A stretch of 64,000 nucleotides of DNA from Limisphaerales bacterium. GTDB taxonomy: Bacteria; Verrucomicrobiota; Verrucomicrobiia; Limisphaerales; JAJOIW01. The stretch spans positions 64,001 through 128,000 of the forward strand of contig CBFHOE010000003.1 in assembly GCA_965657355.1 (NCBI GenBank). The letters run 5' to 3'. The position numbers were made by a program, and so were the translations under genes. The notes under the pieces were generated by a model. It ran no database searches. It had not been told where the DNA came from and saw nothing but the letters and a program-made list of their open reading frames with translations. Below are positions 50,180-59,801 of this stretch, piece after piece. Position 1 is the first letter of the stretch; the number at the start of each line of letters is the position of its first letter.

Positions 50180-51727
50180 ATGTCATCAATTCTTTTTAGC
50201 GTGAAACAAAAGAAAATAATTTGGTTATTAGGAGTATTTGTTTTTTTTAAAATCAGCTGCTTATCATCTATTGAATTTGAAGTTGCCGATATTTTTGGAG
50301 ATAACATGGTTCTTCAAGCGGGAGCTGCAGGGAAAATCTGGGGAAAGGGGCCATCAGGTGAAAAGGTCAGTCTCAAAATAGCCGGGTCCGAAGCTCATAC
50401 CACAATTGATTCACTCGGCAAATGGCAAATAGAACTCCCAAATCTAAGTCCATCTTACACGACTTATAATCTTGTAGTTGAAGGCCCGAAAACTATTCGA
50501 TTTCAAAATATTTTGTTTGGAGATGTTTGGTACGCTTCTGGTCAATCTAATATGGAATGGCGCTTAAGAGAATGCGCAAAAAGAGAAAAAAAATTTTTGG
50601 AATTCATTGAAACGGCAAAACTGGCGACGATTCGATTTAGGACGATCAAAACCCAGCAATCCAGACGCCCACTTGATAGAATTGGAGATAAAAAAAATTG
50701 GGTAGTTGCAGATTCCGGATCCGTTCTGGACTTTTCAGCCCTCGCCTATCTTTTTGCAAATGAATTATTCAATAAGCTCGATAGACCAATCGGGATTATT
50801 GATAGCTCCTGGGGTGGGCACCCTATTGAGCCGTTCATTCCGTCTTCAGCTTTTAGAGGACACCCAGTCCTCGAAGAAGAGTTGCGGCTTTCTCAAGCTG
50901 GAGATTTAAAGGGTTTAAGAAAATTACCCGGTGGCGTTTGGGCGCGGGATGAATCTTGGTTGGCAGGAAGAATATATAATTCACGTGTCGCTCCCATCCT
51001 TCCATTTCAAATTAAAGGAATTATATGGTACCAAGCTGAATCTAATTGTGGGACCGGTGAGGACCCTCGATATTATCACGTCAAAATGGATGCTTTGATT
51101 CGCGGTTGGAGAGAAGCTTGGAAAGACCTAAAACTGCCCTTTTATTACGTTCAATTACCCCAATACACCGCCCAGGGTTGGACTTTAATGAGAGATGAAC
51201 AGCGCCGAGCTCTCAATGCCATATCGCACTCTGGTATGGTGGTCACTATCGATTTAAAGCTAGATGAGATTCATCCTGCAAACAAATTAGACGTTGCCAA
51301 AAGGCTTGCTCAATTAGCCCTTGGTGGAGCCTATGAGAGGGATGTAGTTTGTTCAGGGCCTTTTTTTGAAAGAGTCATCTTTAAAGATGAGATAGCTATC
51401 ATTACATTTAAAAATACATCTGCCGGATTGATTACAGGCAAGATGAGTGATTACCGCTCCGTCCAGTTTTCCAGTGATAAGTCAATTAACGGTTTTGAAA
51501 TACTCTCAGAGGACGGTCAGTGGTTCCCTGCAAAAGCTGTTATCACAAACGGCAATGAGGTTCGATGCCATTCTCAAGAGGTTGAAAATCCCCAAGCTGT
51601 CAGATACGGTTGGAGGCCTGCGATGCCCCTCAATAAGCCATGGAATCTCTACAATAAAGCAGGTCTCCCAGCTTCTCCATTCAACTCACTGCCTATTGAA
51701 AAAATATATCCAGATGTCAGGCTTTGA
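50180..51727 (+). CDS. Sialate O-acetylesterase (SASA/SGNH family)
   Basis: FGDNMVLQ, GDVWYASGQSNM, IWYQAESN, DEIHP.NK, VRYGW, LYN.AGLPASPF. Confidence 0.9.
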   Translation: MSSILFSVKQKKIIWLLGVFVFFKISCLSSIEFEVADIFGDNMVLQAGAAGKIWGKGPSGEKVSLKIAGSEAHTTIDSLGKWQIELPNLSPSYTTYNLVVEGPKTIRFQNILFGDVWYASGQSNMEWRLRECAKREKKFLEFIETAKLATIRFRTIKTQQSRRPLDRIGDKKNWVVADSGSVLDFSALAYLFANELFNKLDRPIGIIDSSWGGHPIEPFIPSSAFRGHPVLEEELRLSQAGDLKGLRKLPGGVWARDESWLAGRIYNSRVAPILPFQIKGIIWYQAESNCGTGEDPRYYHVKMDALIRGWREAWKDLKLPFYYVQLPQYTAQGWTLMRDEQRRALNAISHSGMVVTIDLKLDEIHPANKLDVAKRLAQLALGGAYERDVVCSGPFFERVIFKDEIAIITFKNTSAGLITGKMSDYRSVQFSSDKSINGFEILSEDGQWFPAKAVITNGNEVRCHSQEVENPQAVRYGWRPAMPLNKPWNLYNKAGLPASPFNSLPIEKIYPDVRL

Positions 51728-52076
51728 GAAATTCTGCAATCTTTGACTTTGGTCGGCCGATTATCCCTTTTTTCCCTTTAACAATAATAGGTCTCTGTAA
51801 TAGTTGCTTGTGCTTTACAAGAATCTCTACAACGGCGTCTGGATTGCCTTCAAAGTCCTCAGCTTTGAGTTCAAGTTTCTTAAATTTTGAATCTTTACGC
51901 ACGAGGTCTTCTACTGGGTCTTTTAGTATTTTGACTAATTCCTCCAAATCCTCTTTTGTGGGTGGGGTTTTTATATACTCGATGATTTCGGCTTCGACTC
52001 CTAGTTCCTCGGCGACCGCCAGGGCGTTTTTGGAAGAACCTCAATGAGGATAATGGTATATCTTAACGGTTGTCAC
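51717..52076 (-). CDS. arsC: ArsC-family (glutaredoxin-type arsenate reductase) protein with in-frame UGA at the catalytic position; probable selenoprotein
   Basis: GTG 52076 reads MTTVKIYHYPH-[TGA 52043-52041]-GSSKNALAVAEELGVEAEIIEYIKTPPT.. and is in frame with the 51717-51947 ORF (LVRK, LLQRPII, IIGRP). 119 aa. Confidence 0.88.
52003..52040 (-). promoter_or_regulatory. Putative bacterial SECIS element
   Basis: Directly 3' of the UGA: GGUUCUUC can pair with GAGGAACU, and the apical hairpin is GGC-GGUC-GCC (compare E. coli fdhF GCA-GGUC-UGC). Confidence 0.7.
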
Positions 52077-52194
52077 AATGATGGAAATTATACTAAAACG
52101 ACCAATTTATTGGAATACTTTTATCCTAGAAGTTATTTGTTGAGAAGAACCATATACAGATCTTTTAGTATTCTAAATTTATGAATTGCCTATT

Positions 52195-52719
52195 ATGCCT
52201 GTAATCACAACATCGTATATCTCGCCCGTGGGAGAATTGATCTTAGGTTCTTTTCAGAATAAACTTTGTTTATGCGATTGGAAATCTAGACAAAGAAGAA
52301 AAGCTATAGACCAAAAAATCGCCTCTACCCTGAATGAACCATTTCATCAGGGTATGGATTCTCTTCTAAATTTATCAATGGAACAGCTTAACGAATACTT
52401 TGCCGGTGAAAGAAAAAGCTTTGATATCCCGATTTTGGAGTGCGGATCACATTTTCAAAAAGAAGTTTGGAAAGCGCTCCGCGATATTCCTTATGGAACT
52501 GTGATGAGCTACGGCCAATTAGCTCAAAGTATGGGGAAACCGAATTCCACTAGAGCTGTCGCCAATGCAAATGCCGCTAATGCGATTTCTATAATAACCC
52601 CATGCCATAGAATTATTGGTAGCAGTGGAAAGCTTGTTGGATACGCGGGTGGTATGGATGCAAAGAAGCATTTGTTAAAGCATGAGTGCCCGGACGTTCT
52701 GGATTTTAGCACCTCTTGA
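52195..52719 (+). CDS. ogt: Methylated-DNA-protein-cysteine methyltransferase
   Basis: SPVGEL, FQKEVW.AL..IPYG...SYGQLA, RAVANANAAN, PCHRIIG, GYAGG. Confidence 0.94.
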   Translation: MPVITTSYISPVGELILGSFQNKLCLCDWKSRQRRKAIDQKIASTLNEPFHQGMDSLLNLSMEQLNEYFAGERKSFDIPILECGSHFQKEVWKALRDIPYGTVMSYGQLAQSMGKPNSTRAVANANAANAISIITPCHRIIGSSGKLVGYAGGMDAKKHLLKHECPDVLDFSTS

Positions 52720-52762
52720 TGCTTCTAACAAACAATCGCTGGTTAGATCGCCCGCGAAAAGC

Positions 52763-53731
52763 CTAACTATTTTGATAACAAAGTTTTTCTGCAAGCTTAA
52801 CAGCCTCAATAAGTGATCCGGGGTTGGCTATTCCTTTGCCTGCTATATCAAATGCTGTGCCATGATCAACTGATGTTCTGATGATTGGAAGACCAAGTGT
52901 GACATTGACTGCCTCATCAAATGCAAGGGCTTTAAGTGGTATGTGACCCTGGTCGTGATACATACATATAAAAGCATCGGTAACCTTTCGGTTCTTAGGT
53001 AAGAACGCAGTGTCGGGCGGCACAGGCCCCAAAATTTTAAACCCTCTTTTTTTCGCCTCAAAAATTTCGGGCTGAATGATTTCTTCCTCCTCTTTATTTC
53101 CCAACAGGCCACCTTCTCCTGCGTGTGGGTTTAATCCAAGGACGATTAAATGAGGTTCACGGCCTTTAATTTTACATAGGGCATTTCGTGTGAGCTCTAT
53201 AACATCGAATAACCTATCACGTGTTAATAAATCAGGGACTTCATTATGACCACAATGGCAGGTTACAAAACTGGCTGTCACCTCTTTTGAGTACTGTAGC
53301 ATGCAGACCTTAAGCGATGTGGTCAGGTTGGCAAGAATCTCTGTGTGCCCTATATGGGCGATTCCCGCCTTTTGTAAAGAGGACTTGTTGATTGGGGCTG
53401 TCACTATCCCATCTACACTACCTCTCATTGCATCGTCTACAGCCTGCTTGACGTAACTATAAGAGGCTCGCCCGTAGTCTTCATCAATTATTCCTCTTTT
53501 TAATGAGGTTTCAGATAGCAGCGAAGATATGCCATTTATCTGCGACTTATCAGGCTTTGGTAGATTTAAATTTTTAGCTTCTTCCTCTAAAACGGTGCGA
53601 TCTCCGTAAATGATAAGATTAATATTAGGCAGGTTGTCTTTTGAGTAATTTAATAACTTAAGGCAAACCTCTGGGCCTACCCCAGAGGGGTCTCCCATTG
53701 TAATAGCCAATTTAATTATGTCATTTTTCAC
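52763..53731 (-). CDS. pdxA: 4-hydroxythreonine-4-phosphate dehydrogenase
   Basis: TMGDPSGVGPE, TAPINK, GHTE, GLNPHAGEGG, MYHDQG, RTSVDHGTAFDIAG. Confidence 0.94.
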   Translation of the reverse strand: MKNDIIKLAITMGDPSGVGPEVCLKLLNYSKDNLPNINLIIYGDRTVLEEEAKNLNLPKPDKSQINGISSLLSETSLKRGIIDEDYGRASYSYVKQAVDDAMRGSVDGIVTAPINKSSLQKAGIAHIGHTEILANLTTSLKVCMLQYSKEVTASFVTCHCGHNEVPDLLTRDRLFDVIELTRNALCKIKGREPHLIVLGLNPHAGEGGLLGNKEEEEIIQPEIFEAKKRGFKILGPVPPDTAFLPKNRKVTDAFICMYHDQGHIPLKALAFDEAVNVTLGLPIIRTSVDHGTAFDIAGKGIANPGSLIEAVKLAEKLCYQNS

Positions 53732-54043
53732 TGTCTTTTATCTCTCAAAAAATTTACCTATTGCCTGACTTATTTCAAATACCTCACATCTTTTCAATAT
53801 CAATCGCATGCTGACCTTTATCTTATCTTCACATAATCAATCGCAATTTTTTAAAGGTCTACAAAACTGGTAAGCAGATAAGTCGGTGTTTTCGTTGAAA
53901 CAAACCGAGCCTAGTTATAGCGCTTTCTGCTCATTATAAAATTGGGTAGAAATTCGCCTTTTGTAAAAATAGAATCAATCAATAATGATTCAGGGTGTAT
54001 CATCTTCAATAAACAAGATACTTGGAGTGCTGTGCGAGCAAGG

Positions 54044-55456
54044 TCATCTTGGCAGTTTTTCTGGCATGTCTGCTAAAACGTAGAGCATTGTAGCCAGAGA
54101 GGCCACACACTTTTTCATATCCTCCTTGGAAACCTTATCGACAGTGTCTGCGTGTGTGTGGTGGTATTTAAAATAATTTGTCCTATCTACCAATACATCC
54201 ATAATGGGGATCCCCTGCGAGAGCAGGGGACGTATATCTACCCCACCGGCCCCGGGCCTGACTGAGTCGGAACCTAATGGTTTATTTAATTCCGCAATTT
54301 TTTTAATAAACGGCATGGCCTTATTACTGCCAGTAAAAGCAAATCCCTCAGGAGTAAAGGTCCCAGTATCTGATTCAATGGCTATGACTACTTTATCTGA
54401 ATTCTCTTTTTGAGATTGTGCGTAAATTTTTGCTCCATTTGCTCCATTTTCCTCATTCGTCCAAAGAACGAGCCTGAGAGTTCTCTTTGGCTTGAGATCA
54501 AGGTCATGGATGAGTTTTATGGCATGCCATGCCATCATGCAGCCGCCTCCGTCGTCCTGAGCCCCTTGGCCCACATCCCAAGAATCGATGTGACCACCCA
54601 CTATTATTACCTCCTCAGGTAAGGAACTTCCTTTGAAATCGGCAACTATATTTCTGGATATGGCGTTAGGTAAGGTCTTTCCTTCCATTGATAGACGAAT
54701 GACTACCTTTTTCCCTCGATTCTGAATGCGATGAAGTCGTTCAGCATCTTCCGGAGTGATGGCGGCATGAGGAATTTTGGCAACGCCATCTGCATATCTC
54801 ATGCCTCCCGTGTGCGGTGTTTGCAAGGAGTCATGACCTACAGACCTTATAAGGCTTCCTATTGCCCCGGCACGAGAAGCCTCAATTGCCCCTGAAACCC
54901 GTATTGCTACGGTTTCTCTATAGCTGGTGAATGGTATGTTAAACAGTACAAATTTTCCTTTTGCAACATGGGCTTTGTTTTTTAAATCCTCAAAGCTTGA
55001 GACGACTAAAACCTCTCCTATTAGGCCCTCTGTGGGTGTTGCAATCGAGCCTCCAAGTCCGAGCATGGGTAGTTTTTTGTAGCTGGGTTCCAATTGTTCT
55101 GCAAACTCTTTACCTCTTTTCCAATTGGGCACGGAAACATCCTGGGTGCTGACGGATGTAAACCCATCATGCTTCAAGGTCTGAGCGATCCATTCTATTG
55201 CTTCTTCCAAATTTTTTGAGCCACTGAATCTTGGCCCAAAAGTATCACACATTTCTGCAAGCCGATCCCATGCTAGATTCGAATCTAGGGCTGCAGATTG
55301 TAATTTTTTAACGTTTTCTCGATAGGTCGAAGGGATATCACTGGGCTCCAAAGCATGGATCTGGCCACAAAAAGCAAAGACAAAAATACACGTAGCGATA
55401 CCTATTTTTATGAATGGGCGCACTGCCTCAAATCTTTTAAAACTTATTCGTAACAT
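54044..55456 (-). CDS. Secreted M28 peptidase (carboxypeptidase Q-like)
   Basis: D.FGPRFSGS, TPHTG, GGHIDSWDVGQGAQDDGGG, NEENG, ESDTG, YHHTHADT. Confidence 0.92.
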   Translation of the reverse strand: MLRISFKRFEAVRPFIKIGIATCIFVFAFCGQIHALEPSDIPSTYRENVKKLQSAALDSNLAWDRLAEMCDTFGPRFSGSKNLEEAIEWIAQTLKHDGFTSVSTQDVSVPNWKRGKEFAEQLEPSYKKLPMLGLGGSIATPTEGLIGEVLVVSSFEDLKNKAHVAKGKFVLFNIPFTSYRETVAIRVSGAIEASRAGAIGSLIRSVGHDSLQTPHTGGMRYADGVAKIPHAAITPEDAERLHRIQNRGKKVVIRLSMEGKTLPNAISRNIVADFKGSSLPEEVIIVGGHIDSWDVGQGAQDDGGGCMMAWHAIKLIHDLDLKPKRTLRLVLWTNEENGANGAKIYAQSQKENSDKVVIAIESDTGTFTPEGFAFTGSNKAMPFIKKIAELNKPLGSDSVRPGAGGVDIRPLLSQGIPIMDVLVDRTNYFKYHHTHADTVDKVSKEDMKKCVASLATMLYVLADMPEKLPR

Positions 55457-55512
55457 TGAGGAAATGTTGCCTTAAGGTAGTTGTTCTTCCAAGATAATTA
55501 GACGTGAGTGAT

Positions 55513-57009
55513 TCAGAGAGACCTAGCTTCATTCAGCATCAATTCAATTTGGTGTTTTGAGGCTGGAATTTTATGGCAGTTACTTAGTAATTTATTTTTC
55601 GAAGCGGGGATCATCCAGTTTGGATAATCGAGAACTCCCCCAAGGTCCCAAGAAGAAAGTTTTTCTAGTATTTGATCAAGCGTGTATCGTGTCGATAGTA
55701 ATTCACTCGCCAACGCTCTCCAATCGTTGTCTTGTTTGTATAAGAAATCGGAATACGATGGAATTAGATTTAATCTTGATTTTATTTCCTGCTGGATGAT
55801 TCCAATGAAATACACTAATGCCAACTTTTTGAATTCTTTTGAATCATGAGAAACAGAGAGCAAGGTTTTTATATATGACGATGCTGTTTGCAAGTCTCCG
55901 AGAGTCTTCTCTGAGTAAGATTTCATAAAACTTTCTTCTGAAAGATTTTCATTTCTTAAAAAGAAGTTGGCCAACCGGCCTATACCTAATAGGTTGAGCG
56001 AAAATCCTGTTGAAAGTAATGGGTCTACAAAACCACAAGAAGAAGGGAGTTTAATCCAGCGATCACCAGTTACCGGGCCTCTGATAAATTCAAGAGAATG
56101 AGATTTATAAAATGGAGTGACAATTTGGCTTTGCGAAAAAAGTTTTTTTATAGCTGGTAACCTATCTAATAATGTCCTCCATATTGTTGGTGCCTCCTCT
56201 TCCTCAAGGTTTCCTAATTGGGAAAATTTGGAAATAGATGCACCCGCACTGACGATACCATTGTTGAATCTTAAAATCCAGATCCACCCTCCTTCGAACA
56301 AGAAATGAATGGCTGAATCATCTAATGGATATGGGCTAATGCTGCCTTTTTTCAGTGCATTAGAAATAGGGCTTACATTTTGGAAATGTGCATAAACAGC
56401 AAATCGATCTCCTTCCTCCCGATGCGGCGATGATTCAGAAATAGAAAGGTGTTCGGAGGAAAAGCTATGATTGCCTGTCGCATCGATAAGATAATCTACT
56501 TTGATATTTTTTTTGATATGATTTCTCTCTACTAATGAGAGATTTAATTTTTCTTCTGAAAAATCAACAGATTCAACAACCGTTTTCTCTAAATAAGTCA
56601 CTTCATGTTTTACCGCTTGATCAACAAGAAAGAGGTCGAACTGTGGCCTATACCAATGCGTATCTGCTACCTGTTCATCTGGGCTTGCGGCCACACACAT
56701 CGTCTCTTTATTTTCGACGTTTCCCTGATCGTCTAAAAAGAAAAATGAAAAACCACGTTTTAACCCAACTTCTATATCAGGATGATGTTTTTGCCATCTT
56801 CCCCAGGTAGATAAATTGTATAAATGAGGAAGGTCGTACTTTTTGCCGAGCTCTTCCAATAAAAAGTTTGCTAGTGGAGTAGATGATTCCCCAATAGAAA
56901 ACTTGGGGTGAGAATCCCTCTCAATTAGAACCACATCGTGTCCAATTTTTTTGAGTAAGGTCGCAATGATGGCTCCTCCATACCCTGAACCAATAATTGA
57001 AATTCTCAT
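55513..57009 (-). CDS. Flavin-dependent halogenase-like oxidoreductase
   Basis: IIGSGYGG, HPKFSIGES, GLKRGF, GWIWIL, GFVDPLLSTG. Confidence 0.82.
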   Translation of the reverse strand: MRISIIGSGYGGAIIATLLKKIGHDVVLIERDSHPKFSIGESSTPLANFLLEELGKKYDLPHLYNLSTWGRWQKHHPDIEVGLKRGFSFFFLDDQGNVENKETMCVAASPDEQVADTHWYRPQFDLFLVDQAVKHEVTYLEKTVVESVDFSEEKLNLSLVERNHIKKNIKVDYLIDATGNHSFSSEHLSISESSPHREEGDRFAVYAHFQNVSPISNALKKGSISPYPLDDSAIHFLFEGGWIWILRFNNGIVSAGASISKFSQLGNLEEEEAPTIWRTLLDRLPAIKKLFSQSQIVTPFYKSHSLEFIRGPVTGDRWIKLPSSCGFVDPLLSTGFSLNLLGIGRLANFFLRNENLSEESFMKSYSEKTLGDLQTASSYIKTLLSVSHDSKEFKKLALVYFIGIIQQEIKSRLNLIPSYSDFLYKQDNDWRALASELLSTRYTLDQILEKLSSWDLGGVLDYPNWMIPASKNKLLSNCHKIPASKHQIELMLNEARSL

Positions 57010-57031
57010 GCCTATAAAAAATTAAGCTGCT

Positions 57032-57973
57032 TTAAGCTTTTTCACAAAATGAGCAGATAACTGGTTTCCTCATCGATTGGTATCTATTCATTTCTTTAAA
57101 TCTAATAAATCGCTCAGGATAGCATTCTCTGCAAATGGAAAATTTAGAAAGATCCCATAGATCCAATATAGTGCGACCAGAAAAATAATTAAGTCCGACT
57201 TGAAATGCCTGGTCGATCAAGTGTAAATCGGGCTCTCTAAATTCATCTTTTTCTGTGAGTCGTTTCATATATTCTGTTTGGCCTCGGGTTGGTATTAGCG
57301 AAAGCGTCCCCACATCACATCGATTACATAAATCACATGCCTTCTCGATATCTCTCAGGCAGTCTGCCCTGCTTTTTGTAAAAGGAGGTTGTATGAGAAC
57401 AAATGCTCTTATTTTTACCTTCCACTCCTTCAATTTTGTGCAAGCTTTTCTGAAATCCGTTAAATCAAAGCCTTTATTAAGTTTACCTAGAATCTCTTCA
57501 TTCGCTGTTTCCAAACCCATTGCAATTTCAAATTCTCCGGGTATCTGGGAGCGAAATTTTGAAATCATAGGAACAGTTAGTTTCGGGTGATTTTCGACAA
57601 TGACTCTCTCGAAAGAAGAAATTAATGGAATTATTCCTGGCCAGGCTTTTTTGTTAATAGCCTTTTGATCAAAAAAACTTCCGCTGTTATATAATTTAAT
57701 CCAATTTGATTTCTGCAAATTCCCTAAAGCATATTGGATTTGTTTAATTATTTGATCACTTGAATTAGAATATGTGAGTGTGTTTTTCCAGAGATCGCAC
57801 ATAACACATCTCCAAGGGCATTCTTTGTTTGTGATAAAAACAGTCGAGATAGACTTTTTATTATCCGGGTCAAGCCACTCCTCTTCATTTAACTGAGCAT
57901 ATGGTTGATCAGGCCGTACGATATTTCTATCACTCCTGGATTTCAGGACCTCATGCGTTACAGATGGATTCAC
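57032..57973 (-). CDS. Radical SAM protein, RaSEA/TIGR01210-like
   Basis: CPWRCVMC, IKLYNSGSFFD, VIVENHP, EIAMGLETA....L.KLNKG, AFVLIQPPF. Confidence 0.85.
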   Translation of the reverse strand: MNPSVTHEVLKSRSDRNIVRPDQPYAQLNEEEWLDPDNKKSISTVFITNKECPWRCVMCDLWKNTLTYSNSSDQIIKQIQYALGNLQKSNWIKLYNSGSFFDQKAINKKAWPGIIPLISSFERVIVENHPKLTVPMISKFRSQIPGEFEIAMGLETANEEILGKLNKGFDLTDFRKACTKLKEWKVKIRAFVLIQPPFTKSRADCLRDIEKACDLCNRCDVGTLSLIPTRGQTEYMKRLTEKDEFREPDLHLIDQAFQVGLNYFSGRTILDLWDLSKFSICRECYPERFIRFKEMNRYQSMRKPVICSFCEKA

Positions 57974-58006
57974 ATCAACAGAAGTTCACAGTTAGATAAT
58001 CGCGTA

Positions 58007-59338
58007 TCAAAAAGCACCATACATGGATAGGAACTTTCTTCTGCATTCCAATTCAGTTTTTGGGAATACACTTCTCAGATCATCTTCACTGATCGCTCCA
58101 TGTTGAAACCTTCGCTTTTCAAAAGCTGGAAATTCAATATTTTCCAATATTTTGAAACCGCGTTTAATGACCTCACCTTTTAGATTATATAATTTATTTA
58201 CGTTATATTCCGTAAGTTTTTTAAAAGGTATTCCTTCCGAGACCTCGATGACATCTGGTCGAGTAAATGGGCTAAAAGCTTCAAATCCGTATTCCCTAGC
58301 TGGCGCATATGATCTCGTGTAACTACGTGATAATCCTCCAGAATACGTCTGCGAGTGCTTGAATTTTCCTACGCCCCATCCTTCATGGTAGAGCATCTGA
58401 TTGTTAATAACGCTACGGATCGTTAATTCTGGATTTTCGTGAATAGGGTAGTTCTTTAAGTTTTCATCTCCTCCATCCCCATCAATGATATATTTCCAGC
58501 TTGGATAGATTTGTCTTATTTTGCCGAGTAAAGCCAATCCCATTGCAGCACATTCCACATCCAAGATCTTATAATCTTCGATGATACTTATGGTTTTTTC
58601 GATATCGATCGATGACTGGGTAACCTCGACCGGTTCCAAAAACATTGAGAGGTTTAGTTGTTCTAAAAAAGCTCGGGCTTGATCAAGGTCTGGCCCGCTT
58701 TCAACGTGAAGGGTAAACGCCTTAAGACGCGAAAGGTTCATCCCCTTTCGACTCATCGTCAAATAAGTAGCTAGAAAGACTGCGCCACTATCGATCCCTC
58801 CTGAAAAACACACACCAATAGGCTCTTTTTCAGGCACGTGATCAACCCATTTCTCTATTTCAGAAAAAAGTGCTTTAACATAGTTTTTCCCGATGAGGTC
58901 TATATCATCAGGTTGGGAATCACTCGCCGGATCAAAAAATCTTACATGTCGGGCATCTGGATCAGGGCATCCAATCAACTCGAGATGGGCTATGTAGTGA
59001 GCTGGAACCATTCTTGTATAAGACGGATGGAACTGGTCGTCTAATTTTTCCTGCTTCAGCCAGTTTAGAATTTGGTCTATCCTTTCGGCGACAATCAAAA
59101 CTGGGCCGTCCTCTTTTTTAGCTAAGAAGTATCGGATTGGCCGATCCAGCGATCGTGCTAATTTTACCGATTTACCATCTCGGGCCAAGAGAGCAAAAGA
59201 ACCTTCAATATTTCTTAATGAGGCGATGTCTTCGCGTAAGATCCATTCTCTGACTTGTTCTTCACTGCAATTTCCAAGCTTTGTAATCTGAGGGTCAATT
59301 AAGTCGACTACTTGCTCGAGATATTGATGAGTTACCAT
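58007..59338 (-). CDS. Asparagine-synthase-related ATP-dependent amide ligase lacking the Cys1 glutaminase nucleophile
   Basis: GSFAL..ARSLDRPIRYF, PP-loop FSGGIDS, DGDGGDE, SPF...DV, KRRFQHG. No N-terminal Cys from either candidate start (59338 or 59383). Confidence 0.85.
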   Translation of the reverse strand: MVTHQYLEQVVDLIDPQITKLGNCSEEQVREWILREDIASLRNIEGSFALLARDGKSVKLARSLDRPIRYFLAKKEDGPVLIVAERIDQILNWLKQEKLDDQFHPSYTRMVPAHYIAHLELIGCPDPDARHVRFFDPASDSQPDDIDLIGKNYVKALFSEIEKWVDHVPEKEPIGVCFSGGIDSGAVFLATYLTMSRKGMNLSRLKAFTLHVESGPDLDQARAFLEQLNLSMFLEPVEVTQSSIDIEKTISIIEDYKILDVECAAMGLALLGKIRQIYPSWKYIIDGDGGDENLKNYPIHENPELTIRSVINNQMLYHEGWGVGKFKHSQTYSGGLSRSYTRSYAPAREYGFEAFSPFTRPDVIEVSEGIPFKKLTEYNVNKLYNLKGEVIKRGFKILENIEFPAFEKRRFQHGAISEDDLRSVFPKTELECRRKFLSMYGAF

Positions 59339-59801
59339 GGATACAAAGATAAGGTTCCCAGAGTAATCAGTCAATCTACTCAATAGATGTTACAAAGTGA
59401 ATTGTCCTTAGAAATAGCCCCAATTATTTTTTTCCATGCTGTCGCCCAAAATAATTCATTAATTCATTTCAAAACGAGGAATTTTGAATAGTAGCCATGC
59501 AACTTGTCCAAAGAATAAAAATTCAAAGTGATTCCACTTTTTTCATGAGGAATCGGAATAATTTGGATATGAGTTTAAAAAGACGTCGATTTCGAATGAT
59601 TGATAAAATTTCTTTTCTAAAAGTGTAAATTAATAATTAGGCTCCCTTTGAATGGAAGCATGAAATCTGAGCCTTTGCCGTATACGCGATGGATAAGTTT
59701 TGCTGGTAATCCCAGTATTAATGCATTTAGCACTTTGATGTGGCAATTTGTATTCTTGGTATTTTTCAATTCGCAATGTCATACAGGCTGAGAGTAAAAT
59801 A

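Noticed and set aside
51717..52076. arsC as a nonsense pseudogene
   Set aside because: The only stop is TGA exactly at the catalytic Cys codon and is followed by a SECIS-like hairpin; the rest of the gene is intact.
53732..54043. Possible ncRNA in AT-rich intergenic gaps (also 46897-47308 and 61560-61841)
   Set aside because: Only weak hairpins and one short repeated 10-mer; no tRNA, riboswitch or CRISPR pattern recognisable by eye. An Rfam scan would be needed to exclude one.
59384..59800. RiPP precursor peptide upstream of the AsnB-like/radical SAM/halogenase operon
   Set aside because: The minus-strand ATG ORFs I checked here are only 2-11 codons. A 43-aa plus-strand ORF from 59497 has no leader/core features and is probably spurious.
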